Source: Naegleria gruberi (lineage: Eukaryota). From it: a stretch of 64,000 nt of DNA. Under the pieces are notes generated by a model. That model saw only the letters and a program-made list of their open reading frames with translations. It was not told the origin of the DNA and did no database searches. Shown piece by piece: positions 1 through 10,888 of the stretch. Position 1 is the stretch's first letter, and each line of letters begins with the position of its first letter. The DNA lies in NCBI GenBank assembly GCA_000004985.1, contig GG738875.1. One strand, written 5' to 3'. The translations under genes and the position numbers were made by a program.

Positions 1-12
1 ACCATATTATTT

Positions 13-2169
13 ATGTGGAGGAAAAATATTACAGAATGGATTGATTGCGATAAATTACTTGAAATTATACCAAGGCTAAAATTCTTCAAAAATATCAAAT
101 CAGACTCTGCTCAATTTGCAAAGATAATTATTAACACTTATCAATTTCTCAATAGACATGGATATATTAATTATGGATTTTTATCAAAATCAAAATATCC
201 AAATGGTATTACTACTAACCTAAAAATCAACCATTATAAAATGTTGGATAAATTACCAGTGAATAATCAAAAAGATAGAAAGCATATAGTGGTAATAGGA
301 GCTGGATTTTCAGGAATTTTTGCAGCTAAACAATTAATTTCATTTGGATACAGAGTTACATTAATAGAGGCTAGAAACAGACCAGGTGGGAGAGTGTTAA
401 CAGATTTTTCATGGACAGATGATTCTCCAGTTGATATCGGAGCATCAATTGTTACATGTAGTGCCGCTTCTCCTGTAGTTGGTGTAGCAGAACAAACTCA
501 AATCAAATTGAAAAATATTGGTAAAGAAGATCAACTTTTTCAATCTAATGGACAAATACTACCTAAAGATTTGGATGATAAATATCAAAGAGCATTTAAT
601 GATATTTTGGATAAAGTATGTTCCCTTAAACAACCAGGCTTTGAAAATGAAAGAGAGGAATATAGAAGAGATGTTCATAAGGGATTTATTGACAGCCATC
701 CAAAGGATATGACAGATGAATCACGAATTGGCAAAACAGACATGTCACTCGGATACGCAATGGATAAAATGACTGAAAAAATTGTAAATGAAGCACCTGA
801 AAGTGAAAGAAAAACTATGCAGGAGGTTCTTCAATGGCATACAGCCAACTTGGATTATGGAGTTGGTCACGATATAGAATCTGCTTCATTATATTTTTGG
901 GATCAGGATGATATTTATGAACTTGGTGGAGAACATTTGTTTGTCAAGAAAGGATTTTCCTCAATGATAGATGCACTTTGCAATGATGCTCAGGAATTGG
1001 ACAAATATATAGAATATAACCAAATGGTAGTTGGTGTTGATTACTCAAATCCAGATATTGTAAGAGTCAAGACCAAGAAAACTCCAGAAACCACAGGAAT
1101 TCATAGGAACCCAATTGGAAAATCAAAGCAGCTAAAAGAAGGCAAACTGGATACTAATGCTGATGATTTTGAATATGACTGTGATGCTGTACTTACGACT
1201 GTTCCTTTAGGAGTTCTTCAGGGTAAAAGTCCACTAAATATTTGCACCTTTAATCCACCACTTCCTGAATGGAAAACTAACTCGATTAACAAATTAGGAT
1301 TTGGCCTTTTGAATAAGATCATCTTGGAATTCGATTATGTTTTTTGGCAACAAGATCACTTTTATTTTGGACTAACGCATGAAGATCCATCAGAAAGAGG
1401 TTTTTGCTATTTATTCTGGAATTTATATCCTTTAACCAAAAAGCCTATACTTTGTGGTTTGGTAACTGGAAAGGCTGCTTATGCAATAGAGGAAAATGAG
1501 AGTAATTTGGAATATATCAAGTCAAAAGTTATGAAATATTTGAGAAAATCCTTCTCATGGAGTACAAACTTACCCGATCCAAAGAAAATTATGAGAACCA
1601 ACTGGTATCATGATCCTTTCAGTACTGGTTCCTATAGCTACGTTAGAATGGGAGCTAAGGGAGAAGAATACGACTTGTTGGCTGAAACTATTGATAATAG
1701 AGTTTATTTTGGAGGAGAGCACACTTGTAGAAAATTCCCAGCAACTGTTATGGGAGCTGTAATTAGTGGACTGAGAGAGGCCGCCAAGATTGACAAATAT
1801 TTTAATGGACTATTGTTTAAAAAACAGAATAAGACCCAAGACCAAGACCAACAGGAGAGTGTTACATCTAGTCTAAAGCCAAAGGGTGATATCTTAATAC
1901 CTTCAAACCCTACTGAAATGTCACAAATAATGAAACCTGTTCCTGCAAATCAGAGAGGATGGAGAAGACATTTGAATGCGTCAATTTTAAAGGACCCAGC
2001 CCAATTCCCTTTTCCAGTTCAAAACGTTGGCTTCAAACCTCCACTTCCTGGTTTTTTTCAATTTCCACTAATTTCTATGGGTTTTAATCCACAAAACCAA
2101 ACTAAGAAACCTCTAAACCTACAACAAAATATCAATGGCCAGCAAACCCCTCAAAAACCAACAGAATAG
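13..2169 (+). CDS. Lysine-specific histone demethylase 1 (LSD1/KDM1)-like flavin amine oxidase with N-terminal SWIRM domain; possibly 5'-truncated by window edge (reading frame open to position 1)
   Basis: 718-aa ORF. SWIRM-like N-terminus (…FLNRHGYINYGF, compare LSD1 …LERHGLINFGIY). Rossmann FAD motif VVIGAGFSGIFAAKQL…LIEARNRPGGRV. LSD1-type motif WDQDD. Amine-oxidase C-terminal motif GGEHTCRKFPATVMGAVISGLREAAKI. Single exon within window. Confidence 0.8.
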   Translation: MWRKNITEWIDCDKLLEIIPRLKFFKNIKSDSAQFAKIIINTYQFLNRHGYINYGFLSKSKYPNGITTNLKINHYKMLDKLPVNNQKDRKHIVVIGAGFSGIFAAKQLISFGYRVTLIEARNRPGGRVLTDFSWTDDSPVDIGASIVTCSAASPVVGVAEQTQIKLKNIGKEDQLFQSNGQILPKDLDDKYQRAFNDILDKVCSLKQPGFENEREEYRRDVHKGFIDSHPKDMTDESRIGKTDMSLGYAMDKMTEKIVNEAPESERKTMQEVLQWHTANLDYGVGHDIESASLYFWDQDDIYELGGEHLFVKKGFSSMIDALCNDAQELDKYIEYNQMVVGVDYSNPDIVRVKTKKTPETTGIHRNPIGKSKQLKEGKLDTNADDFEYDCDAVLTTVPLGVLQGKSPLNICTFNPPLPEWKTNSINKLGFGLLNKIILEFDYVFWQQDHFYFGLTHEDPSERGFCYLFWNLYPLTKKPILCGLVTGKAAYAIEENESNLEYIKSKVMKYLRKSFSWSTNLPDPKKIMRTNWYHDPFSTGSYSYVRMGAKGEEYDLLAETIDNRVYFGGEHTCRKFPATVMGAVISGLREAAKIDKYFNGLLFKKQNKTQDQDQQESVTSSLKPKGDILIPSNPTEMSQIMKPVPANQRGWRRHLNASILKDPAQFPFPVQNVGFKPPLPGFFQFPLISMGFNPQNQTKKPLNLQQNINGQQTPQKPTE

Positions 2170-2216
2170 AAGGACACTAATTTTAGAATTCAATGACGTA
2201 ACAAATAATTTAAAAA

Positions 2217-4192
2217 ATGGCAGATATTGTTCTTCCAGATACTCACTATGATGCCATCATTGTCGGAACTGGTATCGAAGAGAGTTTAATTGCTGCATCG
2301 TTGAGTAGAGCTGGAAAACGAGTACTTCACTTGGATTTAAACGATAGTTATGGTGGTCATTTTAGTACAGTGAATCCATCTGAATTAAACGAATATGTTC
2401 ATGTAAAATCTTTTGATTCTGATGTTCCGGAACCTTTTTATCAAAATCCATTCTCTCAAATTAATTTTAAAATTATTGATGATTTAAATATTTCTCTTCA
2501 AAGAAAGACAATGATTGACTTGTGTGGATTGCATGTTTTATATTGTAGAGGACCTATGGTAGAATTATTAATTCAATCTGGTATTGCTAGATATTTAGAA
2601 TTTAGATGTTTGGATTCTGTTTTAATGTTTGACAAGGAGCATTCCACTAACCCATTTAAAAATGTTGTAAAATCTGAAGATGAATTTTCACTTGTGGATG
2701 TTTCTCAATTGTTTCAAGCAGTTCCAACAACAAAGGGTGAAGTTTTTAAAACCAAGTTTATTTCTCTCAAGGAAAAGAATAGACTTGTAAAGTTTATTAA
2801 CTTTTGTGTCAATCTATCCACTCAGGAAGAAGAAATGAAAACCTATAAGGAATTTGAAAATGAATCATTTGATTTATTTTTGAGCAAGACACAACTGTTG
2901 GGAGACGAACAAAGCTTTGAAAAATTGAGAGATATTGTTGTTCATGCTTTGGCTTTATTAGATTCTCCAATTGGAATAACCACTAAACAAGTTATGAGTA
3001 GAGTACAATATTTCATTTCAAGTTTAGGTAGATTTGGAAATGGAGGAGCTTTCCTTTATCCATTATATGGACAAAGTGAGCTTGTACAAGCATTTTGTAG
3101 AGTTGGTGCCGTTTATGGTGGTGTATATGTTTTGAGAAGAGGAATTCATAGTGTAAAACTTGTTGAAAATGCTCACTATCAAGCTGAGCCTGTAAATATC
3201 GATCAAAATGAAGAGAAAAACTCAGACCCAACAGATGAAACTACCGATAGACCAGTAATTTATTCTAAAGAAAAGGTTGTGATTGAAGTTGGAAGTGGAG
3301 TTCAAACATTTACTTGTGATCATTTGGTAATGAACAGAGATTCTTGTCCAAGTGATACCAGTAGCACAGATGACGATTTACTTTTGAAGTTTGTTGTAGT
3401 TACTGAATCTCCATTGTTCAATTCAATTGCCAACACTATTGCAGTTATTCCTAGTGGTACAATTTCAATTGTTGCCTCTGATGAAACAATCGTAAAACAA
3501 CCATGTGCTATTTATTTGAATCAATTAGATTACTCAAGTTGTGTCGTTCCTAGAGGAAAGTACATGATCTCCCTTCAAACAAGAATTCCTTCAGACATTA
3601 GAAAATCCAATTCAGAGGTAGAAAGTCTTGTAATCAAAATGTTACAAACATGTGTAGACAGATTTATCAAGAACATTGAAAATGAGGAAAATATTGTATT
3701 CTCAACTTTATATAAGCAATCAATTCGTAAGGGAAGTTTTTCATTCTCTCAAGAATTGGACAGTAAGATTCATTTCTGCAATGATGCTAATCATGATGTC
3801 ATGCAATTAGAAAGTGGAATGACAGAACATGTTAAGGCTATCTTTAAGGCTATTGCAGGTGAAGATGTTGAATTCCTCGCAAAGATTCCTGATCCAAACA
3901 AGAGCGATAGAGACGAAGAAGATGAGCTCTACGATGAAACCACTAAATTGTTGGGAATTGAAAAGTCCAAAGTTGTGCAACCTCCCAACACAACAGCACA
4001 ACAATGGAGGAGCAAAATTTGGGAGGCGATAACCAACAACAAGATGAAATCAAAGATAACAATAACCCAGCAACACCTGCTGCTGATCATGAAAATGTTG
4101 CTGTTTCTGCTTCTGATGAAAATAATAATATTGAGCAAGAACAACCTCAACAACAAGACGACTCTGAAGGTACCAAAACAACAGAAAAATAA
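2217..4192 (+). CDS. Rab escort protein (Rab geranylgeranyltransferase component A, REP/CHM family) with acidic N/Q/D/E-rich C-terminal tail; frame change near 3962-4006 unresolved
   Basis: N-terminus MADIVLPDTHYDAIIVGTGIEESLIAASLSRAGKRVLHLDLNDSYGG matches the REP/GDI FAD-fold start (human REP1 [45 protein letters not shown]). The ~580-aa core has REP-type insertions, longer than GDI. Conserved frame 0 runs 2217..~3964. A low-complexity acidic tail is in frame +2 (3962..4192, stop TAA 4190-4192). Frame 0 read-through beyond 4004 gives implausible hydrophobic junk and would fuse with the next gene. Junction is either a 32-nt GT-AG intron (3965..3996) or a frameshift. Confidence 0.7.
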
Positions 4193-4238
4193 AGGAGTTT
4201 TTTCCCGCCAATTTGCCATCCAATTACGATACAAAAAA

Positions 4239-6509
4239 ATGCGAAGATCATCATCAGGGTCAAATATTGCTTCCTCATCTTATCGATCGAATACATCAAA
4301 CTCTGATAGTGATGAGGATTTAAAAAAACCAAATAACAAATTGATGAGAAATTCTATTATTCAAAGTGTAATATCTGAGGCGAGAAGTATAGTAGAGACA
4401 GAGGAAATTCTTAGGCCCTCAATAGCAAGGCCATCACGACCATATACACCTCGGGATTGTGAGAGAAGATTATTTATTGAAAATGAATACACTTCGCGGC
4501 CCACCTCAGCTGTATCAATCTCCAGCACTTTTGATTTTTCTCACCGAAATATTGGTTCATCAAGTGGTACGCGGGATGAAACAAACCCAGAAATTACCCG
4601 AGTGGGTTCTGGTAGCAGAAAGAAGGTAAGTAAACTTTATTAAGATTTATTGGATAAATGGTTGTAATAGAAACCTTCATCATCAAGCTCCAAAAGAACA
4701 GGAAGTAGTAAAAGTAGTAGAAGTGATTTGGAAAAAGAGGAAACACATATTCATGAGCAAGGAACAAGTGACAAAGTGTGGAATTCAATAGAAACAATTC
4801 TTGGCTCTTTGGAACAATGCGAAGACGAAGATGCTCTTATGGACTCCTTGGACTCGATATTATTGCTGGTTGATAAACTTAAAACAGTCCACAATCCAGT
4901 TGAAGATGAAAAGAAGATTAATTTCATTGGAAGACTGTCAAAATACATAGACATAGAAAACGGGCCTCGAGCTGTTAAATGTTGTTCTATAATTTTAAGA
5001 GTTACCACCTTTGGTTACCAGATACTACATATTTGTAAAATACTATTCAAGATTAGCAAACAAGAAAAAAATGACAAAGTATTTAAGGATGACAGTATTA
5101 TTGCACCCTTGGTTAGATTGTTAAATCAAGAATTTTCAACCGATAATTATTCCGTTTCTTGGGAGATTTTACTGTTTACAATTGGTACATTGAAAAACAT
5201 TTCATATGATAATTTCAATCAAAAACTGCTGATCAAACACAACACCATTTCACTCCTTTCTTTACTCCTTTCGTCAGCACTTAGAGAGCTGAAAACTGGA
5301 AATATGGAAAAGGTAAACAAACAAGCTCAGCTTTTAGTTCAGATTATGGCCACATTGAGAAACTTGGCCATGAAGACTGGAACTTTTAAACAATTTTTTG
5401 AGTATAATGTGATTGATAATATTCATATTTTGATGAATGCCCTAATGTCTCACTCAGAGTTTATACATAACTCTACTAGAGTTTTAAGCAAACTTTCTTT
5501 AGATGAAACGTGTACAGAAGAAATGAGAAAGATCTCAACCTTAAAATCATGTTTAATTAATGTTATGAAAGAGCACAAGAAACACAAACCAATAGTTGTG
5601 CGAGTTACCTTTATTCTAGGAAACATTACATTCCAGGATTACTCAGACCAAGAACTCTTTGATGAAAAAACAGAAATTCCTTTCTTGTTAGACCTTTTAG
5701 ATCTTTACTCAATCGAAGATGAAAGAAATACTAGTGCAGAAAATGTAAAGAAGGAAACTGAGGATTTATTGACAAAATTAATAAGGTTGATTGCAAATAT
5801 TTCGATGGATGAGCACCAAGGAAGAATAGTCGCTCAAAGTAAACAAGTAACTAGGTTGATTGAAATAATAGAAAGAAAGAAAGTTCAAGATTCTGAAGAG
5901 CTTATTTTGAATACACTAAGATGCATTACCAATCTTTCGTTTTATGCTTTTAGTGACACAGCAAGTCCTTTATATACATTCAGAGTTAAGCTTGCTTCCC
6001 TTCTTTCTCCACTTCTCTTCCATGATTTGACAGATGTTGTCTACGAAGCTACAAGAACATTCGGTAATCTTTCTCAAGACTCAAGTGTTCGGGAATACAT
6101 TACCAAATCTAGAATTGATGAAGCTTTAATAATAATGGTTGAACATGGCAATACGGATATTGTATATGCTGTTTGTGGAGTACTTGTTAATATGACTTCA
6201 GACCCAAGGGGTATTAAAGCAATCCAGGAGCATGGTGTAATTGAAAAATTACTAGACGTACTGGAGAAGTGTAATGTTTCACTAGCTTTAGTAATTTTGA
6301 AGATTATCCATAACATTTGTCTTAACAATGAGGCTTTTGGAGAAAATTCAAAAATTTACTCTGACTATGATTTGGAACATTTAGATATGTTACTAAATGA
6401 TATTCTCAACCATGAATATGATCACGAAGAAATGAACGAGCAAGAAGTATCCATGTTGAGAGATTTGTCAAGTGTTGCTCAAGAATTACAATATATTCTT
6501 TCTAAATAA
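4239..6509 (+). CDS. Armadillo (ARM)-repeat protein with Ser/Arg-rich N-terminal region; join(4239..4625,4671..6509), 45-nt intron 4626..4670
   Basis: ATG at 4239 preceded by an A-rich leader, 46 bp after the REP stop. GTAAGT donor at 4626 and TAG acceptor ending 4670; the 45-nt intron is AT-rich and has in-frame stops. Exon 2 is the ORF 4728..6509, whose listed M is TTG. Repeated ARM-like helices (…IAPLVRLLNQEF…, …LLSLLLSSALREL…, …RVLSKLSLDE…). No specific orthologue recognised. Confidence 0.6.
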
Positions 6510-6522
6510 ATTAATTCATATA

Positions 6523-7491
6523 TTATTGATTCTTATCAGTTGTAATTTGAAGCGGATCCTTCTCAATTTCAATATTTATATCCTTAAAATCACAATTACT
6601 CTTTCTAAAAATCTCTGTTACTTGTTTTAATATTTCCTTTTCACTACTTTGTACATTGATTAATATCTTTAAACTTCCTACATTTGAGTTTGATTTCAAA
6701 ACCCAAAAGTGTGGATTACTAACATTAATAACTCCATCAATATCCAGTATTTCTTTAATGCATTCATTAATAGAATATTCGTATTGAATAGGTGTTCTTT
6801 GAAGTAAAACTCTACTAGAATTAGAAATTAAAGGGAAGCTAGTATAAAGAATCATAATTGAAATAATTAAAGAACAAATTGGATCAGCAATATACCATCC
6901 AAAATATTGTACAATTAATGTTGATACAATAACACCAATACTTCCCAGAGCATCAGCAATCATGTGAAGATAGACACCATAAATATTTTCATCATGTTGA
7001 TGGTGATGATGAGAACATGAATCACCTTCATCGGAATGATGTTGATCATGGAAATAAATTACACCATACATATTTACACCAAATCCTAGTATCGAAACTA
7101 ATAACAATTGTTGAGTATGAACAATAGGCGGATCAATTAGCCTATGAATTGATTCAATTAAAATATAAATCGAAATAAACACAAGTAAAATTCCATTAAT
7201 AAATCCAGATAAATATTCATATCTAACATATCCATAGGAATATATGTGATTTGACTTCCATTTTGACATTATTGATCCATATAAACCAATAATTAAAGCA
7301 GCACAATCAAAAAACATGTGTGCAGAATCGGAAATTAATCCCAACGAATTATTATATATTCCAAAAGCCAACTCTACAAACATAAACAATAAATTAACAA
7401 GAATAAAATAAAATAAATATCTAGTGTCCTTATTCGCATAGATATGTGTATTAAACATATCGGAGAGAAAATTAGGTGATGATGATTTCAT
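6523..7491 (-). CDS. Cation diffusion facilitator (ZnT/SLC30-like) zinc transporter
   Basis: 322-aa ORF with six predicted TM helices. CDF signature region SDSAHMFFDCAALIIGLYGS. His-rich cytosolic loop (HHSDEGDSCSHHHHQHDE). HMIADALGSIGVIVS…YIADPICSLIIS motif typical of SLC30. Single exon. Confidence 0.85.
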   Translation of the reverse strand: MKSSSPNFLSDMFNTHIYANKDTRYLFYFILVNLLFMFVELAFGIYNNSLGLISDSAHMFFDCAALIIGLYGSIMSKWKSNHIYSYGYVRYEYLSGFINGILLVFISIYILIESIHRLIDPPIVHTQQLLLVSILGFGVNMYGVIYFHDQHHSDEGDSCSHHHHQHDENIYGVYLHMIADALGSIGVIVSTLIVQYFGWYIADPICSLIISIMILYTSFPLISNSSRVLLQRTPIQYEYSINECIKEILDIDGVINVSNPHFWVLKSNSNVGSLKILINVQSSEKEILKQVTEIFRKSNCDFKDINIEIEKDPLQITTDKNQ

Positions 7492-7705
7492 TTTTTTCTT
7501 ATGGTCATGTCATCTTATGAAATTATCATCATCTTTAATCAATAATAATTCATTCACAATACTATTAGCAACAACAACAACTTGATAAGAGAACTCTCTC
7601 AATTGCCCTCTCTTTTGCGAGACAAATTTAAAAAACTTACGGTTACATTCAAGTTTTAAAAAAAAGAGAAAACACAACTATTGAGGGCAAAGATTTTTCA
7701 AACAA

Positions 7706-10700
7706 ATGTCGTTGTTTGATTCATCATTTAGAGCCACATCGATGGTAGTCTCCCCTCATCGGTATGGTTTATTTAATAAGAGAAATGATGAGGATGAGGA
7801 TAGTGTTTTTGGAGAACGTATTGAGGTTGATTATGATACAGATAGTGCCTCATCCGAAGAAGAGAGTTATGGAAGTGGACCAAGAAGTTTCATCAGTACA
7901 AAAAGCTCAAACGGAGAGTCATTGATACTCAATGATGGTGATTCCAGTGCCTTGGATTTAACCTCTAGCTTGGACTTGGAGAGGAAGAGTCCTGCTTCTC
8001 CTCTATTTAAATCCATCCTCAATACATCACCTCAACATTATAATCCAAAGAATGATCCGAGTACCACCTCTTTAGGTTTACCAGCACATATAATTGTTTC
8101 TAAGAATTCAAGTGAGGATGATATTAAAACAACAACGAAAACAATTGAGGATGAAGATTACGCATGTTTTCGTTTACTAGGATTGTACAAACATCAGGTC
8201 ACCCCACATGATTTGCTGCTGAAATTATTCGATATTTTTGGAAGTACAGATTATACTGACAATACTATTGAAGCTAAGAAGAAATTAACTTTCAGGTCTG
8301 CAGCTATTGCAGTTACAATGTCTGCAATGCTCAAATCAAAACAACCACAACCAGAATCTGGCTCTGAACACAGACATCACTCAAAACATGCAGCAGCAAT
8401 TAGTAATATTCACAAGAAAATTAGAGAATCTATTAATGGAAAAACAGGGGATGACAAGGGTTCACCACAATATTTGGAAAAGGTCAGGAAAAGAATTGGC
8501 TATGTTCCTAAGAAGCATATGAAAATGATGATGAAGCAAGAGCAAGAGAAAAAGGAGGTGAAAAAGGATAATAATATTGAGGACGAAACATTTAATAAGT
8601 ACAAAATTTTGCAAAACCAACATCAAAAACAAAAGAACAAGTACAGTAATGTTAAAAAGAGAATCAAATACTTGAAATTTAAGAATATTATGTTGGAATC
8701 CACTATTTATATGAAAGATAAGAATAATTCTTTAGAGTCCGTACTTGGTTACTCAACTAAGGTTATTTACGAGAATCCATTTATTGATTTCAATACATGC
8801 CTAAACCATATAACTACACTGGCAAAGATTAGATTTCCTGAAATGGAGAAAAATTCTTTAGAAATGTGCTCAACCAGTCTTCTTTATCCTTATGTTTTAA
8901 ATATGATGAAAAGAGCTCTGAAATTAGTGAATAATTTCTCAAAATGGATAACAGACGATCCCAACGTTTCATCTTTATTCCATTATTATAGACCTCCCCT
9001 TCTAAGGATTTTTAACTTATTTATCAAAATGGATAATGAAGAAAAACAAACTGAAGCTGTGGATATTTTTAAGACAAACAACACTATGAATATTGATGCA
9101 TTCCTCAATTTTTGCACTGTATTTTCAATTACACCAAATATGATTCCTGAACAAGTGGCAAAAAAGATATTCCACAATATTCTGAAAGAGAAACACAGCT
9201 CGTTTCTTTCTAAAAAATCATCCAATCAGATTAGAACGGTGGTAATTGGAGATTTTCTTGAAATTTTGGCTAGGCTGGCTAGTAACTTTTCGTATCAATT
9301 TGAGGATCTATTGAAACAATGTCAATATTTATTGGACCATTTAGAGGAGAATTATTATTTGTTGTTTGGCGAGTACATGTCAAAGGAAAGGAAAAGAAGC
9401 TATCTCACTAAGAATCAACCTGAAAACAATCTCAATATAACAAAATCTAGCTTTGATGAAGCCACCATCCTCAGAAAGAAATCCGTATCTGTGAACAGCT
9501 CAGTAGATTTCTATCAAACAACTACAGCCCATGTAGAAGAAAAGAAAATACCCTCTATACTAAGAACTGTAAATACACAAAGGAGTGTAAAAAAGCCTCC
9601 AAAGAGGGATTTTATCAAAACCGAACAAGACTTGGTTGACTATATTGGTGAGGATAGATTCAGAATGATGGATAGTAGCAGAACTCTGCACAAGGTTTTT
9701 GCTCTGTATTGTAAGGATAAGCAAGGCAATTGGTCTTGTAAAGACTTTCTTAACTTTCTGGAAGATTATGCAATCGATAAGAGAATTAAGAAATTTCAAC
9801 AATTTCTAAATCTAAGATATGAAGACGAAGAACTGTTCGACGATTTGGGTCTTCCAGTAGTCGATGAAAGATATCTTACCGCTCAGTTTAAATCGAAATC
9901 ATTTGACAGCTCTCTTTCAAGAGTTAAGCTGTACGCTCTTTTCCATGATGTTTATGAAGAGAAGGTTAAGTCACTCTCTTCAAAAGATACATTTTCTTTA
10001 TTCCTTGATAGAGTATTTAGTAAGAGTAATTATCTCAAAGCTGTAGAAAAAGTTAGAGAACGAAATTTACAAAAGATGAAGGATCCTTCTTCAATCCTCG
10101 AGACATCTAATCCCAACACCTCTGTTTCTTCTTTAAATTTAAGCTCGATTTCACTAAATATGAGCTCTAGCTTAATATCCATAGAGCGTGTTCGACCTTC
10201 GACATCAACAAGCATTTCAGCGCAAGAGAGTCGCCAATTCTTCACAACCAGAGTTTTCAGACAATTCAACTTGTTGAAGGGATGTAAAATTGTAGCATAT
10301 GTGGAAAACAGAAAGGGTTGTGTAATGAAATCAGATAATGGTATTTTGCCAACCTCATTTGATTTGAATATGGTAATCAAAGACAAATTTGTGGAGCGAG
10401 AGTTGCTTTCTCATCTAACAGTTTGTGAAACATTTAATCAACTTGTAGATAGATTACTCATGATTGGATACGATATACAAAGTAAGTGTGGAGATCACTG
10501 CATTCAAGGAAGTATTAAGTGTTTGAGATTTTGTAAGAGAAAGACACTCGACCCTGTTGGATGTATTTTTGAAATGAAAGGTCAATTCTCATCCCTTCTC
10601 TATCAACCCACTCTCGGTGATTTAATTAGAACTGATTGTGGTCTGACATTGTATGACTTAGACCCTTCCAACATTTTATTTAACAATCTTTTGAAACTTT

Positions 10701-10783
10701 ACAAGGAAAGCATTTGTATTGATGAATTAACTCATGCAATACGTGATTTAGGTTTTGACATTGTCAATGTTAAATTTTGTTGA
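7706..10783 (+). CDS. Large hypothetical protein (1025 aa), no domain recognised with confidence
   Basis: Uninterrupted 3078-nt ORF with ATG at 7706. Codon composition matches neighbouring genes. N-terminal acidic/Ser-rich region, basic K-rich middle, structured C-terminus. Function unknown. Confidence 0.55.
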   Translation: MSLFDSSFRATSMVVSPHRYGLFNKRNDEDEDSVFGERIEVDYDTDSASSEEESYGSGPRSFISTKSSNGESLILNDGDSSALDLTSSLDLERKSPASPLFKSILNTSPQHYNPKNDPSTTSLGLPAHIIVSKNSSEDDIKTTTKTIEDEDYACFRLLGLYKHQVTPHDLLLKLFDIFGSTDYTDNTIEAKKKLTFRSAAIAVTMSAMLKSKQPQPESGSEHRHHSKHAAAISNIHKKIRESINGKTGDDKGSPQYLEKVRKRIGYVPKKHMKMMMKQEQEKKEVKKDNNIEDETFNKYKILQNQHQKQKNKYSNVKKRIKYLKFKNIMLESTIYMKDKNNSLESVLGYSTKVIYENPFIDFNTCLNHITTLAKIRFPEMEKNSLEMCSTSLLYPYVLNMMKRALKLVNNFSKWITDDPNVSSLFHYYRPPLLRIFNLFIKMDNEEKQTEAVDIFKTNNTMNIDAFLNFCTVFSITPNMIPEQVAKKIFHNILKEKHSSFLSKKSSNQIRTVVIGDFLEILARLASNFSYQFEDLLKQCQYLLDHLEENYYLLFGEYMSKERKRSYLTKNQPENNLNITKSSFDEATILRKKSVSVNSSVDFYQTTTAHVEEKKIPSILRTVNTQRSVKKPPKRDFIKTEQDLVDYIGEDRFRMMDSSRTLHKVFALYCKDKQGNWSCKDFLNFLEDYAIDKRIKKFQQFLNLRYEDEELFDDLGLPVVDERYLTAQFKSKSFDSSLSRVKLYALFHDVYEEKVKSLSSKDTFSLFLDRVFSKSNYLKAVEKVRERNLQKMKDPSSILETSNPNTSVSSLNLSSISLNMSSSLISIERVRPSTSTSISAQESRQFFTTRVFRQFNLLKGCKIVAYVENRKGCVMKSDNGILPTSFDLNMVIKDKFVERELLSHLTVCETFNQLVDRLLMIGYDIQSKCGDHCIQGSIKCLRFCKRKTLDPVGCIFEMKGQFSSLLYQPTLGDLIRTDCGLTLYDLDPSNILFNNLLKLYKESICIDELTHAIRDLGFDIVNVKFC

Positions 10784-10888
10784 TAAAATCTCAAATTGAT
10801 TCGGCAATTAATCTCACAAATCTTTGTTAAATTTGCTCATGTAATTTTTAAAAGAAAATGTTGAATAGTTTCATCTTTATCTTTTCAA

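Noticed and set aside
518-712. 64-aa plus-strand ORF nested out-of-frame inside the LSD1-like gene, and similar nested ORFs (3013..3231, 8307..8522, 15181..15489, 20503..20709 and others)
   Set aside because: Out-of-frame or antisense within well-supported conserved coding regions. No independent evidence.
3965-3996. Resemblance of the putative REP element 3' end (CCAACACAACAG) and the EF-hand intron 3' end (CAACACAG) to the trichomonad/diplomonad intron motif ACTAACACACAG
   Set aside because: The other 19 introns in the window end in unrelated AT-rich YAG contexts (TCTTAG, TTTTACAG, AAATAG, ATATAG …) and use GTAAGT/GTATGT donors. Two partial matches are most likely chance.
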